DNA of 64,000 bases from Octopus sinensis (GCF_006345805.1 NC_042997.1:118730001-118794000), one strand, 5' to 3'. Positions 38,078 through 51,500 are shown, counted from the stretch's first letter. Translations and numbers: made by a program. The notes: a model not told the origin generated them from the letters alone.

Positions 38078-38380
38078 GGAGGCGCAATGGCCCAGTGGTT
38101 AGGGCAGCGGACTCGCGGTCGGAGGATCGCGGTTTCGATTCCGAAACTGGGCGTTGTGCGTGTTTATGGAGCAAAAACACCTAAAAGCTTTACAAGGCTC
38201 CGGCAGGGGGTGGTGGCGACCCCTGTTGTACTCTTTCGCCACAACTTTCTCTCACTCTCTCTTCCTGTTTCTTGAGTAAACGGTGCGATGGACTGGCGTG
38301 CCGTCCAAGCTGGGGGGAACACATACGCCACAGAAACCGGGAAACCGGGCCCATGAATCTGGCTAGGCTTGAGAAGGGCG
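38078..38380 (+). mobile_element. tRNA-derived SINE family C with V-like 3' module
   Basis: GGAGGCGCAATGGCCCAGTGGTTAGGGCAGCGGACT..GGTTTCGATTCC; GCGATGGACTGGCGTGCCGTCC. Confidence 0.88.
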
Positions 38381-38737
38381 GCGCCATTAGCTTTATGTAA
38401 ACAACCGCTGGGCAGCTGATTAACACAATTGTACCCGCTTTCTCTTCTCTGTCCCAAATCATGTTATCAGGTCTGGTGTGCTTACATTTTAGTGAGGTTT
38501 TTACTGAGACATTCCATCAGTATTCTTTTTAATTATAAGTGGCTGTGGCTTCCACCATAGTGTGGGTTCATATTTTGTTGTCCTCAAGGTTATCATTCTG
38601 ACGGAACTCATTATATGCATTTATGTATGTATGTATGTATGTATGTATGTATGCATAGGTATGTGTATGTGTGCGTGAATGTTTGCTTTTATGTAAAAAA
38701 ATTTTATAAAAACAATTTGATATGAAAGTGAATGATT

Positions 38738-39059
38738 ACTCTTTTACTTGTTTCAGTCATTTGACTGCGGCCATGCTAGAGCACCGCATTTAGTCGAGCA
38801 AATGGACCCCAGGACTTTATTCTTTGTAAGCCTAGTACTTATTCTATCGGTCTCTTTTGCCGAACCATAAAGTTACGTGGATGTAAACACACCACCATCG
38901 GGGGGACAAACACAGACACATAAACATACACGCACACATACATATGTATCTATACATATATGCAACGGGCTTCTTTCAGTTTCCGTCTACCAAATCCGAG
39001 ACTACAGTAGGGGACACTTGCCCAAGATGCCACGCAGTGGGACTGAACCCGGAACCATG
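38738..39059 (-). mobile_element. SINE family B, deleted copy
   Basis: Reverse complement of the family B body and part of the head. Confidence 0.85.
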
Positions 39060-39498
39060 AGATATATGTCGTGTAAGGGCCACCCGACCATATGCAACAT
39101 TCCTCTTTAAATCTTTTAAAATTTTCCCTCACGGAAAACCTTATGACCCCCACAGCTATCTGCGGAGGCCATTCGGGATCCCGTGTGAAGGCCATATCTA
39201 CTGTCTCTTTATGTTCTTCTACTATTTTCCACGTCCCCGCCCTTGTAGAAAAAGACAAGTAATTCTTCGTCTTTAATGTTGGGGGTCGTTTCTTCCACCG
39301 TGGGTTGCACAACTTCGGGACGTGCAAACGGCACATCATCGTCCACCTGCAATGACCCGTTCTTCTCTTTTTCCTTTTCTTCTAGACTTCGGAAGAGTGT
39401 AGCTCTTCCGCTCTCTCCGGAGTCTCTCCCTCATCTCCCGAAGCCTTAGGGTCCTTCGGCGGGCAACCATTGTTTCCCGCTTTCTTCCTTTTTAATAC

Positions 39499-39553
<55 letters not shown>

Positions 39554-39570
39554 CTATAATATATATATAT

Positions 39571-39989
39571 AGGCGCAGGAGTGGCTGTGTGGTAAGTAGC
39601 TTGCTAACCAACCACATGGTTCCGGGTTCAGTCCCACTGTGTGGCATCTTGGGCAAGTGTCTTCTGCTATAGCCTCGGGCCGACCAAAGCCTTGTGACTG
39701 GATTTGGTAGACGGAAACTGAAAGAAGCCTGTCGTATATATGTATATATATGTATGTATGTGTATGTATATGTTTGTGCGCCTGTGTTTGTCCCTCTAGC
39801 ATTGCTTGACAACCGATGCTGGTGTGTTTACGTCCCCGTCACTTAGCGGTTCGGCAAAAGAGACCGATAGAATAAGTACTGGGCTTACACAAGAATAAGT
39901 CCCGGGGTCGATTTGCTCGACTAAAGGCGGTGCTCCAGCATGGCCGCAGTCAAATGACTGAAACAAGTAAAAGAGTAAAGAGTAAAGAG

Positions 39990-39990
<1 letters not shown>
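39571..39990 (+). mobile_element. SINE family B, near-intact
   Basis: Complete head, CORE-like centre, internal microsatellite and AAAGAGT tail. Confidence 0.93.
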
Positions 39991-40022
<32 letters not shown>

Positions 40023-40256
40023 GTATGCATGTGTGTATGCATGTATGTGTACGTGTTTGTATGTCTGTGTTTGTCCTCAACATCGCTTGACAACGGATGT
40101 TGGTGTGTTTACGTTGGTGCGGTTGTGCAAGACAGACCGATAGAATAAATACTAGACTTACAAGGAATAATTTGTGGTGTCGATTTTTTCGACTAAAGTC
40201 GGTGCTCTAACATGGTCGTAGTCAAAAGACTGGAAGAAATAAAAGAATAAAAGAAT

Positions 40257-40296
<40 letters not shown>

Positions 40297-41389
40297 GTAT
40301 ATATGTGTGTGTGTATGTGTGTGTGTATGTGTGTGTGTATGTATGTATATATATATATATATATTCATATATATATATATATAAATATATATATATGTGT
40401 GTGTGTGTGTGTATACACATATTGTAGACACACCTGCATATTGGTTTGAGGCTGTAAGCTTGTGTGTGAGTATTGCACACTTACAATATTAGCATCATAG
40501 TGATATTTAGATTCTGATGTAGAGAGATAATGCTACCAAAAATCAATAACAACGCCATTCCACAAACGTGTGATATCGTGTGTATATATGATGCGCGATA
40601 TACGCATCGATAACATCACATTTTTTAATAAAATCTATATATATATATTATATATATATATATATATCTATAGACAAAATGCTAATACAATCCTTTGGGA
40701 AAATAAAACCCCTCCGATAATTCTTAGGTTTCCAGCAAAAACTGGATATCTGAAAATATCTCTCCAAATACTGAAAAATTAGAATGTAGATAAATAATTG
40801 GCAGAATATGTCTAGGTTATGAAAAGAGCAATTGAAAAACAAGAATACCAAAATATATGTCTTGAATAAAAATTGAAAAATTTGAAATAAATATTTTAGC
40901 ATTTTGTGTCAGCATAGCGATATCCACAATCAATTGACTGAATTCACCAAACACAGATCTTTGGAGTAAAGAACTAGGCTAGTACTTAGAGTTTGAATGT
41001 AGATTCTCAGGGTTTTTTGTTTAGTAGACATTGGATTTTAACTTTCAACAGGGACATGTATAGACGAGGGTGCTTAGCGCTCACCACTTGAGAATTGTTC
41101 ATTTCCAATTTCCTGAAACTGTGATACTTGATAAGTCTGTGACGTCTAGGAGAATATTCCCTCACATCGATCTATTGCAAGATATATCCATAATGAAGTT
41201 TTTGTCTTTTTTTAACAATAGCTAGTTTGTTGTGAAATTGTAGAAATATATAATGAATGCTTAAGTTTACACAAGTAAAAAGACGCACATATGCACACAT
41301 ATAACAGCATACGTATATATATATATATATATTATGTGTGTGTGTGTGTGTGTGTCTGTGTGTGTGTGTGTGTGTGTGTATACATATAT

Positions 41390-41422
<33 letters not shown>

Positions 41423-41486
41423 GAAGTAACAGAATGAGATAAATATCCAAGGCTGTGAAAGAGTTCAGAACATTTATAAAGAGAAA

Positions 41487-41534
41487 GTCTTACAGCTGTT
41501 TCCGGAATATTTTATATATCCCTTAATCAGAGAC
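41487..41534 (-). ncRNA. hammerhead-like motif (G8->U) in a pseudo-LTR-like fragment
   Basis: Minus strand: gtct CTGATtA agggatatataaaatattccg GAAA cagctg TA agac; stem I gtct/agac, palindromic stem III ACAGCTGT. Confidence 0.6.
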
Positions 41535-41779
41535 GGTGCGAGACAATGGCTAAGTTATTCTGGAGAAGATATGAAATACTGAAGTTATGTTGGGTAGTTT
41601 GTCGCCATTTCATATTTCAATTTTGCGCATTCGCATGGCTTGTTTTTAACCTTTTCGACTACGTAGTATAGTAGGGTCACTTGTGTATCCTCTGTGAGAA
41701 ACTACATACTTTACTGTTTGGCATTCGTGCCGGAATCTCCAATACGAACATTTCAGAGTGTTTCGGTATCAATGTGAGG

Positions 41780-42391
41780 ACAAAGCCAAACATTCAGTCA
41801 ACATCAAAGTGTTTGGAGTGATCACTAGTAATGGCGACGATATGCCTCCATCTTTTCACATGGCCTTAGACTCAACAGGGAGACCTACATCAAGTGCCTG
41901 GAGGAGGTAGTGCTGCCCTGGGTCAAGAGAGTGGCTGCTAGAAGAACCTGTATCTGGCAACAGGACTCAGCAACATGCCATACAAGCAGAAGAACCCAGT
42001 CATGGATGTCAGACAGTTTCTACGACCACATCGCCTCCAGCATTTGGCCACTTAACTCCTAAGACTGCTACCCCCTTGATTATTTTGTATGGGGCGCAGC
42101 TGAGCGAGAGACGAACAAAACACCTTGTAATACCAAAGATGAACTGAAGGCAAGGATTATGGCAGCATTCACCAACTTAAACAAAGAGACTGTCCAGAAT
42201 TGTTGCAGGCGATTCCGAAGTCGTCTGGAGGCTGTAGTTGAAGGTAATGGCGATTTTATTGAATAAATTTACTCTTTAGTATTTCAAGATATTTTTATGT
42301 AATTTTAGTAAACATATCTGTTAAAATGAGATGTCAGTGTTATTTTCATTTTTGCGTAATTCAGACGACAGTTTATTCACTGCACCCTGTA
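41780..42391 (+). mobile_element. maT/DD37D Tc1-mariner transposase relic with right TIR
   Basis: VFGVITSNG..YIKCLEEVVLPWVKRVA..WQQDSA..W..NS*DCYPLDYFVWG..FRSRLEAVVEGNGDFIE*; 37 residues between the 2nd and 3rd Asp; ends CACCCTG-TA. Confidence 0.88.
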
Positions 42392-42392
42392 A

Positions 42393-42423
<31 letters not shown>

Positions 42424-42817
42424 CTAGCAGTATCGCCCGGCGTTGTTCGGGTTTGTAAGCGAAATAACTATATAAGCATTTTTAGAGATGTAAAGTATAA
42501 TAGCCATCACAATATGGCTAACCACAAAGGGGGGTGTTACTGTAGCTTTTTACGTTCTGAGATTTAATAATAAATTTTTAGAGAGTTACTTCCCTTATAT
42601 ATGCCAAAAATGCATTAAAAATGGGAAAAATTGATGGTAATTTTTTTTTAAATCGTAGACTCATCGTAGACGCGCGCTAATACCCAGAAGGGCTCGATAT
42701 GAATCACGACTATAAGATACCCAGTTTTGGTTAAACTGCACTGCAAAATGTGGGAGTAGTTAGGAATCTAAATCGTAGGAGACAGACAGCACACAACCTC
42801 ACTTTTATATATAAAGA
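42424..42817 (-). mobile_element. non-autonomous Helitron
   Basis: Minus strand A|TCTTTATATATAAAAG ... subterminal hairpin CCCG-N8-CGGG ... CTAG|T: canonical TC/CTAG termini inserted at an AT site. Confidence 0.85.
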
Positions 42818-43883
42818 TATATGTGTGTGTGTGTGTGTGTATTCTAGAAGCTTAATTGAGCCCGTAAGAAAGCTATTTACTGTATTTTGTGATGAAGATA
42901 TTTCTCACTGTAGACACATAGGTCTAAAAAGGCCGGTCAACATACACTTAATTTAATTTCGATTGAAGAGACTGCTGGCTGAAATTCAATAATTTATAGA
43001 TTTTTACTCTGATGAAAGTATTGAGTAATTCTACAGTTGAATGTAAAATTGATTTCATTATAGAATACAGCAAACATGATTATATATTCAAATATGAATT
43101 AGAATAAGCATTAACGTTGTAAATATTATTGGACAGACACTTTGTTCGGTGGTAGCCTGCGATTGAACGCGGTGGGGGATAACTCTCTGAAAGCGCCGTG
43201 TGCTGAAACAGCTGAAAGTGATAGACAAGTGAGACAACTCGCAGGATCCATTCATATGCAATGAACATTGGTGCTTCGACATTTTTGAATTGTTGAATTT
43301 ATTCCTACGTATGCACCGTCCAGACGTACAAACAGGTGGTTTTTGCACCATTTTATATATAGTCATAGACAGGCTGTTCAATCTGCCTTCAGTTCGGTTC
43401 AGGTATGTGAGGTTGATAAGTCACAAAACCGGTTAAATATCGGCCTTTATCGCTCCTGAATGGGGCACGGGTCGAGTTGTCACGATCGTCTATGACATTC
43501 AATGTGTTTTAACAGCCGGCACTTTCAGAGTCATCTCTGCGTCAAATCGTAGCCTACTAGCGAACACGTTCGGCACATATATTGAGTAGGTTTGATAATT
43601 ATTATATGTGTGTTTGGGTGTCAAAAAGTTCAGTCTGGAAAGAAATTGGGCGCTTCTAGTAAATTGCATTTCTGTAGTATTCCTCTGATCAATAGTTGGT
43701 GTCATCTTAAACTAATGTCACATGACATTAAAGAGGTTGTAGTCCCTTAGGAAAGCTATGTGAAAACTCATCAAAATTTGTCAATACATCGTCCATTTTT
43801 CTGAGGCTGCTTTCAAATGATTTTCTGTCATTTGGGGTATGAAGTACGTATTACCATTTTGATTTGTTTAATATGTAATGTGT

Positions 43884-44130
43884 CATTTCGCCCGCTAACG
43901 TTTCTTATTTCTTTATTGCCCACAACGGGCTAAACATAGAGCGGACAAACAAGGACAGATACAGGGATTAAGTCGATTACATCGACCCAGTGCGTAACTG
44001 GTACTTAATTTATCGACCCCGAAAGGATGAAAGGCAAAGTCGACCTCGGCGGAATTTGAACTCAGAACGTAAGGGCAGACGAAATACCGCTAAGCATTTT
44101 GTCCGGCGTGCTAATGCTTCTGCCAGTTCG
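43884..44130 (-). mobile_element. SINE family A monomer plus the start of a second unit
   Basis: Tail A joined to AGAAACGTTAG at ~43905, the same junction as at ~13660. Confidence 0.88.
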
Positions 44131-44739
44131 TTTGGGTTTAGAATATGTTATTTTGTTATAAGTATTTGTATTTCTTACATAACTACGACGCATAAACATG
44201 TTTGCTTTCATTCATTCTGTACTTACTTGTATGCTATTAAACTATAGTTTGGAGCGTGAAAAACACTTACAAGTTTCCGCTTATTATTACAGATATCATT
44301 GCTGCCTTTTAGTTTTGTAAATTTTTCATCTGTAGCGGGTGATGTAGAGTGGTATATCATATATTTTGGCCTCCTGCTATAGAATTCTATTTGAAAACAG
44401 ATGACTTTGAGAAAGTTCCATACACGATGTTGCGTATAGATTATTATCAAGATAGCAGCGCTTATGAATTTCTAAGCAGGAGTTGTTCTTGATATTCCAG
44501 CTTAGATATTGTGACATAAATATAAAAGTGGCGACTTTTCCTATTTTCATAGATTATACAAGGATATTTAGAAACATAATTTCATGTTTTCATGTACGTT
44601 TCATATTTTAGTCTTTTCCGATATATGTGTAGCGTCAGTAAAGTTTCAACAATATCTGTCAGTCAACAATGTTACCCTTATCTGCTTTGGAAGCTATATG
44701 TATATAAATATATATACAGACATTTATTAATATATATTT

Positions 44740-45090
44740 ACGTGCTTCAGTCATTAAACTGTGGCCATGCTGGGGCACAGTCTTGAGGAATTTTAGTCGA
44801 AATAATCAACCCCAATACTGTTTTTAAGCCTGGTACTTACTCTGTAGGTCTCCTTCACCGAACTACCGTTTAAGGGAAGGTGAGCATGCCGACCCCCCCC
44901 CACACACACATACTTATATATATTTACAAACTGCGGGCTTCTTTCAGTTACGTCTCCCACATCTACTGATAAGGATTTAGTCGGCTCGAGTCTAAGGTAG
45001 CGTACACTTTTGCACGGTGCCACAGAATAGGCACGAACTCTGAGGCATCTGGTTAGGAAATAAGCTTCTTACAACACAGTGACACTAGGG
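44740..45090 (-). mobile_element. SINE family B, diverged
   Basis: cagtcattaaactgtggccatgctgg..ggcttctttcagtt..acggtgccacagaatagg. Confidence 0.7.
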
Positions 45091-45102
45091 CCTTCTTATT
45101 TG

Positions 45103-45435
45103 TAGGCGCTGGTGTGGTTCCATGGTAAGAAGCTTACTTCCCATCCACGTGGTTCCGGGATCAGTCCCATTGTGTGAAAAGTTGGTCAAGTGTCTTCTAC
45201 TATAGACTCGGATCGACCAAAGCCTTGCGAGTAGATTTAGTAGATGGAAACAGAAGGAAGCTCATCGTGCGTACACCCCCCCACACACACATATGTATGT
45301 GTGTGTGTGTTTACAGACATAAATATAGGTGTGTATTTGTTGGTGTTTATGCGGCCCCCGTAACATTGCGGTTCGGCAAGAAAATTCGAGAGAATATTTA
45401 CCAGGCTTCATAAAAACGTGATGGGGTCGATAAAT
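45103..45435 (+). mobile_element. SINE family B, diverged
   Basis: aggcgctggtgtgg..ggttccgggatcagtccc..ttggtcaagtgtcttctactatag. Confidence 0.75.
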
Positions 45436-45649
45436 ATGTGCGTGTGCATGCATGCGCGTGTGCGGTGTGTATACGTGTGTGTGTTTGAGTATGTGTGAGT
45501 ATTTGATTGTGTGTATGTGTGTGTGTCTGTGTGTATGTGTGTGTGTATTTGTGTTTATGTGTGTGTGTGTGTGTGCCTCTCTTCCTGCCTGTGTGTGTGC
45601 GGTTGCTAGATACAATCGAGGTCGCTCGCTTTTTTCCGTACATTTTCAA

Positions 45650-46480
45650 CCTTCATCAACAATTTCCACATATCAGTCAGCAATATATTCTTCTTCTCCA
45701 CAGCCTCTAAACGTTTCGTAAATTTGCCTATGTTATGATAGCAGGAACCATCGGGACTTGACTCGAAGTATTCAACAAGGAATGTTCTCGGAGAGCGACC
45801 GAAAAGATTGATATTTTGAAGTCCATTCATAAAAAGAATGCACTGGGTGCGGAGAAATTTTCCAAGAGAGCTCTTGAGTAGAATGAAACAAGCGACATCA
45901 AGCTGAAGAAGCAATTTCGAATCTTTTCAGTTGAATTGCCCAAAGTAAATTGTTGTTTTCAATCCTTTTTTTTTGTAGTGAATTAGGCGTTCCTAATCCC
46001 ACCAAACAAACCATTGTTTCACTTCGATGCAACGTTGACATGGGTCAAGATGTTCGTTCACATTGATGTAAATCGTTTTTAATTACTGGTGACGATTCAA
46101 TATAGAAATATGTGTTGGTGTCAAGGTAGCAAACTGGCACCAATAGAGGAGAGCTGGAATGTGTATCTTCGATTCAGAGCGTGTGGCTTCTTACACCAAG
46201 GTTTTGGAACTCACTCATCGGATGAATGTGATGGGTGACACTATCATATGAACATCGTCTTTGCAGAGTCAGTTCCTTAGTGGATTGAATAAAATCATCG
46301 TAAATGAACTTTTATTGAACTGAAGAACTCGGTGACAACAAACGGAGAGGCTGTGAGGTCAAATATGCCACCCTTTAAAATTTAAACTATTTCAATGAAC
46401 TTCGTTCGGTAATAGCGCCTTTTCTGTAAACAGTGCAAAAGGATTTGGCATCTTTTGAACCTTTATCGAAAACGAAGAGA
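45650..46480 (-). pseudogene. decayed mariner (DD34D-type) transposase
   Basis: Minus strand: VYRKGAITER, STKEL..HHIH, (inverted) ITGDEK, VWWD*..IHY, QELSWKISPHP, FRSL, EYFES.. Confidence 0.7.
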
Positions 46481-46864
46481 AGCAGGTGTTGAAAACTCCT
46501 TTTTATTTCTAGTTTACAGTTCATCGTCATTTATCTGAAAGAGACAAAATGCATTTCAATTTCAGAAACGGTAAACAAAATGTGTAGAGGGAGAAGGGAG
46601 CTCACAAAAAAATATCAAAACAAAAAACACTACAATAAAAATATTTTTCATGTTAATTCAATTGACATTGGAAGGGAAGCCAAAAAAGCACCCAACACAC
46701 ACACACACACAAACACACACGCTTTCATATACAGTAAAGCGTGGGTTTTTGAACAACCCTGATCACAAATAAATGATACTTTGACGTCTGTCTTTCTAAT
46801 GTTCATTTAATACAGTAGTACTTCGGTTAACTATAGCCTCTGAACACGAATGAATCGTGGTTTA

Positions 46865-46895
<31 letters not shown>

Positions 46896-47036
46896 ATATC
46901 TATCTATCTATCTATCCGTCTATCTATCTCTCTCTCTATATATATATATATATTTCTACGTGTGCATATACGCGTGCACACAGACATATTCACATATATG
47001 TGTGTGTGCGTGTCAGTATATGTATATGCATATATA

Positions 47037-47106
<70 letters not shown>

Positions 47107-47121
47107 CATGTATGTATGTAT

Positions 47122-47157
<36 letters not shown>

Positions 47158-48521
47158 GTATGTAACTTGGTATATATCTTTATTGATTCACCAGAAGCGA
47201 TAATTTGCGGGAGACTCAACACAAACGCAGATTATTCTGTAATACATTATATCCGAAAGGCTCCACTTTCCAATTCCCAGAAAGCTAGTTTCTGATCACC
47301 AGATGGTGTTTTCTTTTGGATATCCATTGTTTCAATATTTTTTTGAAACATGAGATGGAAGTGTGAAGAAAACGCTTATTCTTGTGTTCCTTTGTTGAAA
47401 AACATTTGCGCTTGATAGTAGAAATCTAACGATATAACTGTAGTACGATTCTAACTCGAAACGTTTAAGGTCTAAACTCACAGAGTAGACTAGACGATAG
47501 TAATATTATTCTGTGTCAACTGAACTGATATATTTTCGATATTATAGATGAAATAACAAACCGAGAATCGATGTCCAAATCAATATTACTTATAAGACCC
47601 AATAAAACGCCAAGCAAAACATTTGATGTCCATTTAGAAGATAAAAAAATAATTACCATATTGCTACGCTGAACTCTACTATTTGGGTTGGGATTGATTG
47701 TAAAAAGATTTCTATCTTTAAAAACTTCCTTCTAATAGTTCTTTTGTTGACGTATCGTTACAAAATGGCACGCCAACAATTTGTTATAAATAACTCTATG
47801 GTAAATCTGATTTATGTCACATCCATTTGTTATTTAACATATGATATATAACGATTTCCATCCAAAAATAACTGTCTGAGACTTTGTTCTCAACATCATT
47901 TACGATTTGATACTGTGGCTCCGATCTTTTGATTCAAACGAGCACACAATTGTAAAACATGACAACACGTTCGACACAATGATATTTAGTTTTGTTATCA
48001 TTTTATATTGCCGTTGTTATTTTTCTGGAAATCAATCAAGCATATAAAAGACTGACCTTGTAATGCATATACTTCGAACACTGCCAAAATAACCGAAAGA
48101 TCAATGAATAACCTTTGTATTCATCGAATCAATCGGGAATCGAAACTATATGTAGCTAGAGGCACGATTCAAACAATACATCACAATCCTCATATAATTA
48201 AATATAAGATGCATCAATTGATGTATTTGAAAAGAAAGTTATGCGAGATTCCTTTACTGTTGCTATGGAAAATGAAGTTGATACTGCAAGTGAAAAACAT
48301 AATCTATTTAATGTTTTGGATAGGCTATTTCAAAAAGTAGAAATTGTGAACCGTCGTAGATAAACAAATATATGAATAGTTTTTACATTTTTACATATAC
48401 TTCTATTGTGTGCAATATTGATCAATACAAAATCTTGTGTACAGACATAAAGATTTATACTGTCACACACAAAAATACACATACGCACATGGCCATATAC
48501 ATACATACATACATACATACA

Positions 48522-48552
<31 letters not shown>

Positions 48553-48842
48553 CTGAATATATGCGTGTTTAGGTATATGCATGTGTGTTTCATGTGTGTG
48601 TACAATAAATCTGTATATATATATATGTATGCATGTATGTATGTATACACAGATCACGTACATGTATGTATGTGTGCATATGTGTACATGTTTGTATGTA
48701 TATATTTTTATTTATTGTACACACACGCATACACATGCACATACATACACACGCATATAATCAAATATTTATATATGTATATGGGCATGTGGGTATGTGT
48801 AATTTTGTGTGTTTCAGCATAAATCTATATGTCTGTACACAA

Positions 48843-48881
<39 letters not shown>

Positions 48882-49037
48882 TTTTGTATGTATGTGATAT
48901 AACTTTATGGAAATGGAACCATATTTCTACATGTTAGTGTAGGTAACTACACGCACAGATATATAAGGGTACAAACATATACATACATACACACACATAC
49001 ACACACACGTATATGTGCGTGTGTGTGTTTGTGCATA

Positions 49038-49083
<46 letters not shown>

Positions 49084-49095
49084 GATAGATAGATA

Positions 49096-49135
<40 letters not shown>

Positions 49136-49159
49136 GATAGATAAATATACAGATAGATA

Positions 49160-49237
<78 letters not shown>

Positions 49238-49485
49238 GATAGATAAATATACAGATAGATAGATGGATAGATATGAATAATATATGAAATTAAATGCAAA
49301 CACAAATGCTGACATTCGTGATTAAATAATAAAATAGAAATTATGAAAGTATGAATCTAACAGGATATATATATTTATATGTACATATAGATATATAAAT
49401 AATAAATATAAATGCATATATACATACCTATATGTACATATTTTCATCTATACGTATATGTATATATATATGGATAGGTGGGCAC

Positions 49486-49880
49486 ATGTCGTCGCGAAAC
49501 GTGGACAAAAATACGAAGTACGAGTATATGGAATATGAACTATTTTTTCGAACAACAATAGACACAAATTGAAAACCAGACAAACAATAAAGAACGACCC
49601 TTCATGAGCTGTTGGCTGTTTTTCTACTCTGTTATTTCGAGCATTTCACAACAACATGCGCTTTTGATAAAATAGTTGCTCCCGCAAAGCAAAATAAACA
49701 TAATTTGGGATTTTGTGGAGGGTCAAAATTGGTAACAAAAACAGGACAGTGAAAACAAACAGGAGTGTCTTATAAGCCTAAAGGAGGTTTTGGTGGCGAA
49801 CGCGTAAGTCAAGCTCGGACAGGAGACAGACAAGAACACGTGTTCCTTGATCCAGCTAAAACGGTGAGAAAGAAAGAAAC
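49486..49880 (-). mobile_element. probable inverted pseudo-LTR/leader of the adjacent Penelope-like element
   Basis: Purine-rich on + (pyrimidine-rich on -, like the sense 3' UTR) and joined directly to the truncated RT. Confidence 0.4.
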
Positions 49881-49883
49881 ATA

Positions 49884-51040
49884 ATGCGATGGGTATGAGA
49901 ATGGCCTCCCCCACATATTTGCTAATCTAGTCATGAGATATCTAGAATTTGTCTTTATCGTAAGGTAGTAGGAAAAAAACGGCGGACCTTTCTCTCTCTA
50001 CATAGAAAATAACTGGGAGAAATACCTGGATGACTGTTTCATGTTTGGCATGAAAATATAGAGAGGCTTAAATGATTCCAAGCACTTATAAATGGACTTG
50101 ACATGAACATTTAATTTAGGATGGAATATAACCGTCCCCTTTAAGAAACCTAACTACGTAATAGAAACAGATATATACTATAAGCACACGGACTCCAAGC
50201 AATATCTACCGTTTAACTCATGGCCACCCGAGACACACCAGAATGAATATACCATTCAACCTAGTAAAAAGGATATTTACTATAGTTTCTAGTGCAAACA
50301 CCAGAGGCACACGACTACATGAACTAAAGGATACACTCATCACCAGGAACTACTCCGCTTCACTAATTGACATATGCATTCAATGTGCCCTTCAACTCAA
50401 CATCCACGAACTCAAACATCTCAAATTAAAGAAGGATTTAGAATAAAAAGCCCTACCATAATCTCCACACACAACCCTCTTAACAATGAAGCCCTCGACA
50501 CCATCCTTCAAAACATTCCCCTACTAAAAAAGAACCATAGAATGAACTTAATCCTCCAAATACACACCAAAATAAAAAGCAAGAGACAGCCCAAATCTAT
50601 GAAAAGTCTCCTAACATGAACCCAAATACTCTCAAAAATGACACTGAATTCGTCATCAAAAAATGCGGAAGACACAGCTGTGGCATATGTGTCAAAGTAA
50701 TTGAGGGATCAGAGTTCTGCATCAAACAGGGACAACGTTTCACTGTGAAAAGCAACTTCATATGTGCTTCGGAGAACATGATATATACACTAAACTCTTC
50801 TGGGTGTCAAGAGCAATATATATACCAAAAAGAAAAAAAAAATAGTCTATGTCAAAGGATGGCTCAGGACAGTTCTCAGATCAAAATTCCGAAAAACAGA
50901 AAAATAGCATTCAGCCAACACATCGACATTTGTACCAATAACAAAAATCCCAGCTTCAGAATTTTCCCCTTTATCAATTCAGGGACGATACAACCTGTAG
51001 GAAACGAATTAGTAAACACATATCCACCACGACCTTAGAA
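49884..51040 (+). pseudogene. second Penelope-like element (Neptune-type Cys linker), 5'-truncated RT + GIY-YIG
   Basis: AMGMRMA.PTY.ANLVMRYLE, NWEKYLDDCF, TDIYYKHTDSKQYL, NIPFNL.KRI, KKCGRHSCGIC, SENMIYTL.SSGCQEQYI. Confidence 0.85.
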
Positions 51041-51500
51041 TAACGTACAAGCAAATATTAAAAGTGATACATTAAAAAGAGATACCCAAGAATTCATTCA
51101 AAACAATCCCAATCACTACTATCTTCCACAACGAATCACTTTTTAGGCCACTTGACCTTTTAACATCCTACTGCTATCTTACCACGCCCGCATTCTTTTA
51201 CTGTTCTTTCTCTTCTCTTCCCTCTCCTTTACCTCTTCTTTTTCTTCTCTTTCTCCTTGTCCGCCACCTCCTTCCTAACTTTATTACTACTACCGCTTAG
51301 AATGACACCCTCGCAAATATTAAAAACGATGCATTCAAAAGAGATACCTCAAGAATTCTTTAGAAACCGTTCCAATCCCTACTATCATCCAAAATGAGTC
51401 ACTTTCAGGGCACTTGACCATTTAATATCCTACTACTATCATACCACTCCCGCATTCTTTTATTATTCATGCTGCTCTTCTTCTTCTCGGTCAACCCCTC
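51036..51500 (+). repeat. ~260-bp diverged tandem duplication in the 3' UTR
   Basis: ttagaat..gcaaatattaaaa..aaaagagatacc..cacttgacc..cccgcattcttt at 51036 and 51297. Confidence 0.8.

Noticed and set aside
43180-43225. CTGAAA..GAAACAGCTG resembling a hammerhead
   Set aside because: The core lacks G8/A9 spacing and the UH triplet is absent; too degenerate to call.
43118-43263. Plus-strand frame containing YYWTD (LDL-receptor class B-like)
   Set aside because: A stop lies two codons upstream with no splice acceptor before the motif, and there are no other repeat features.
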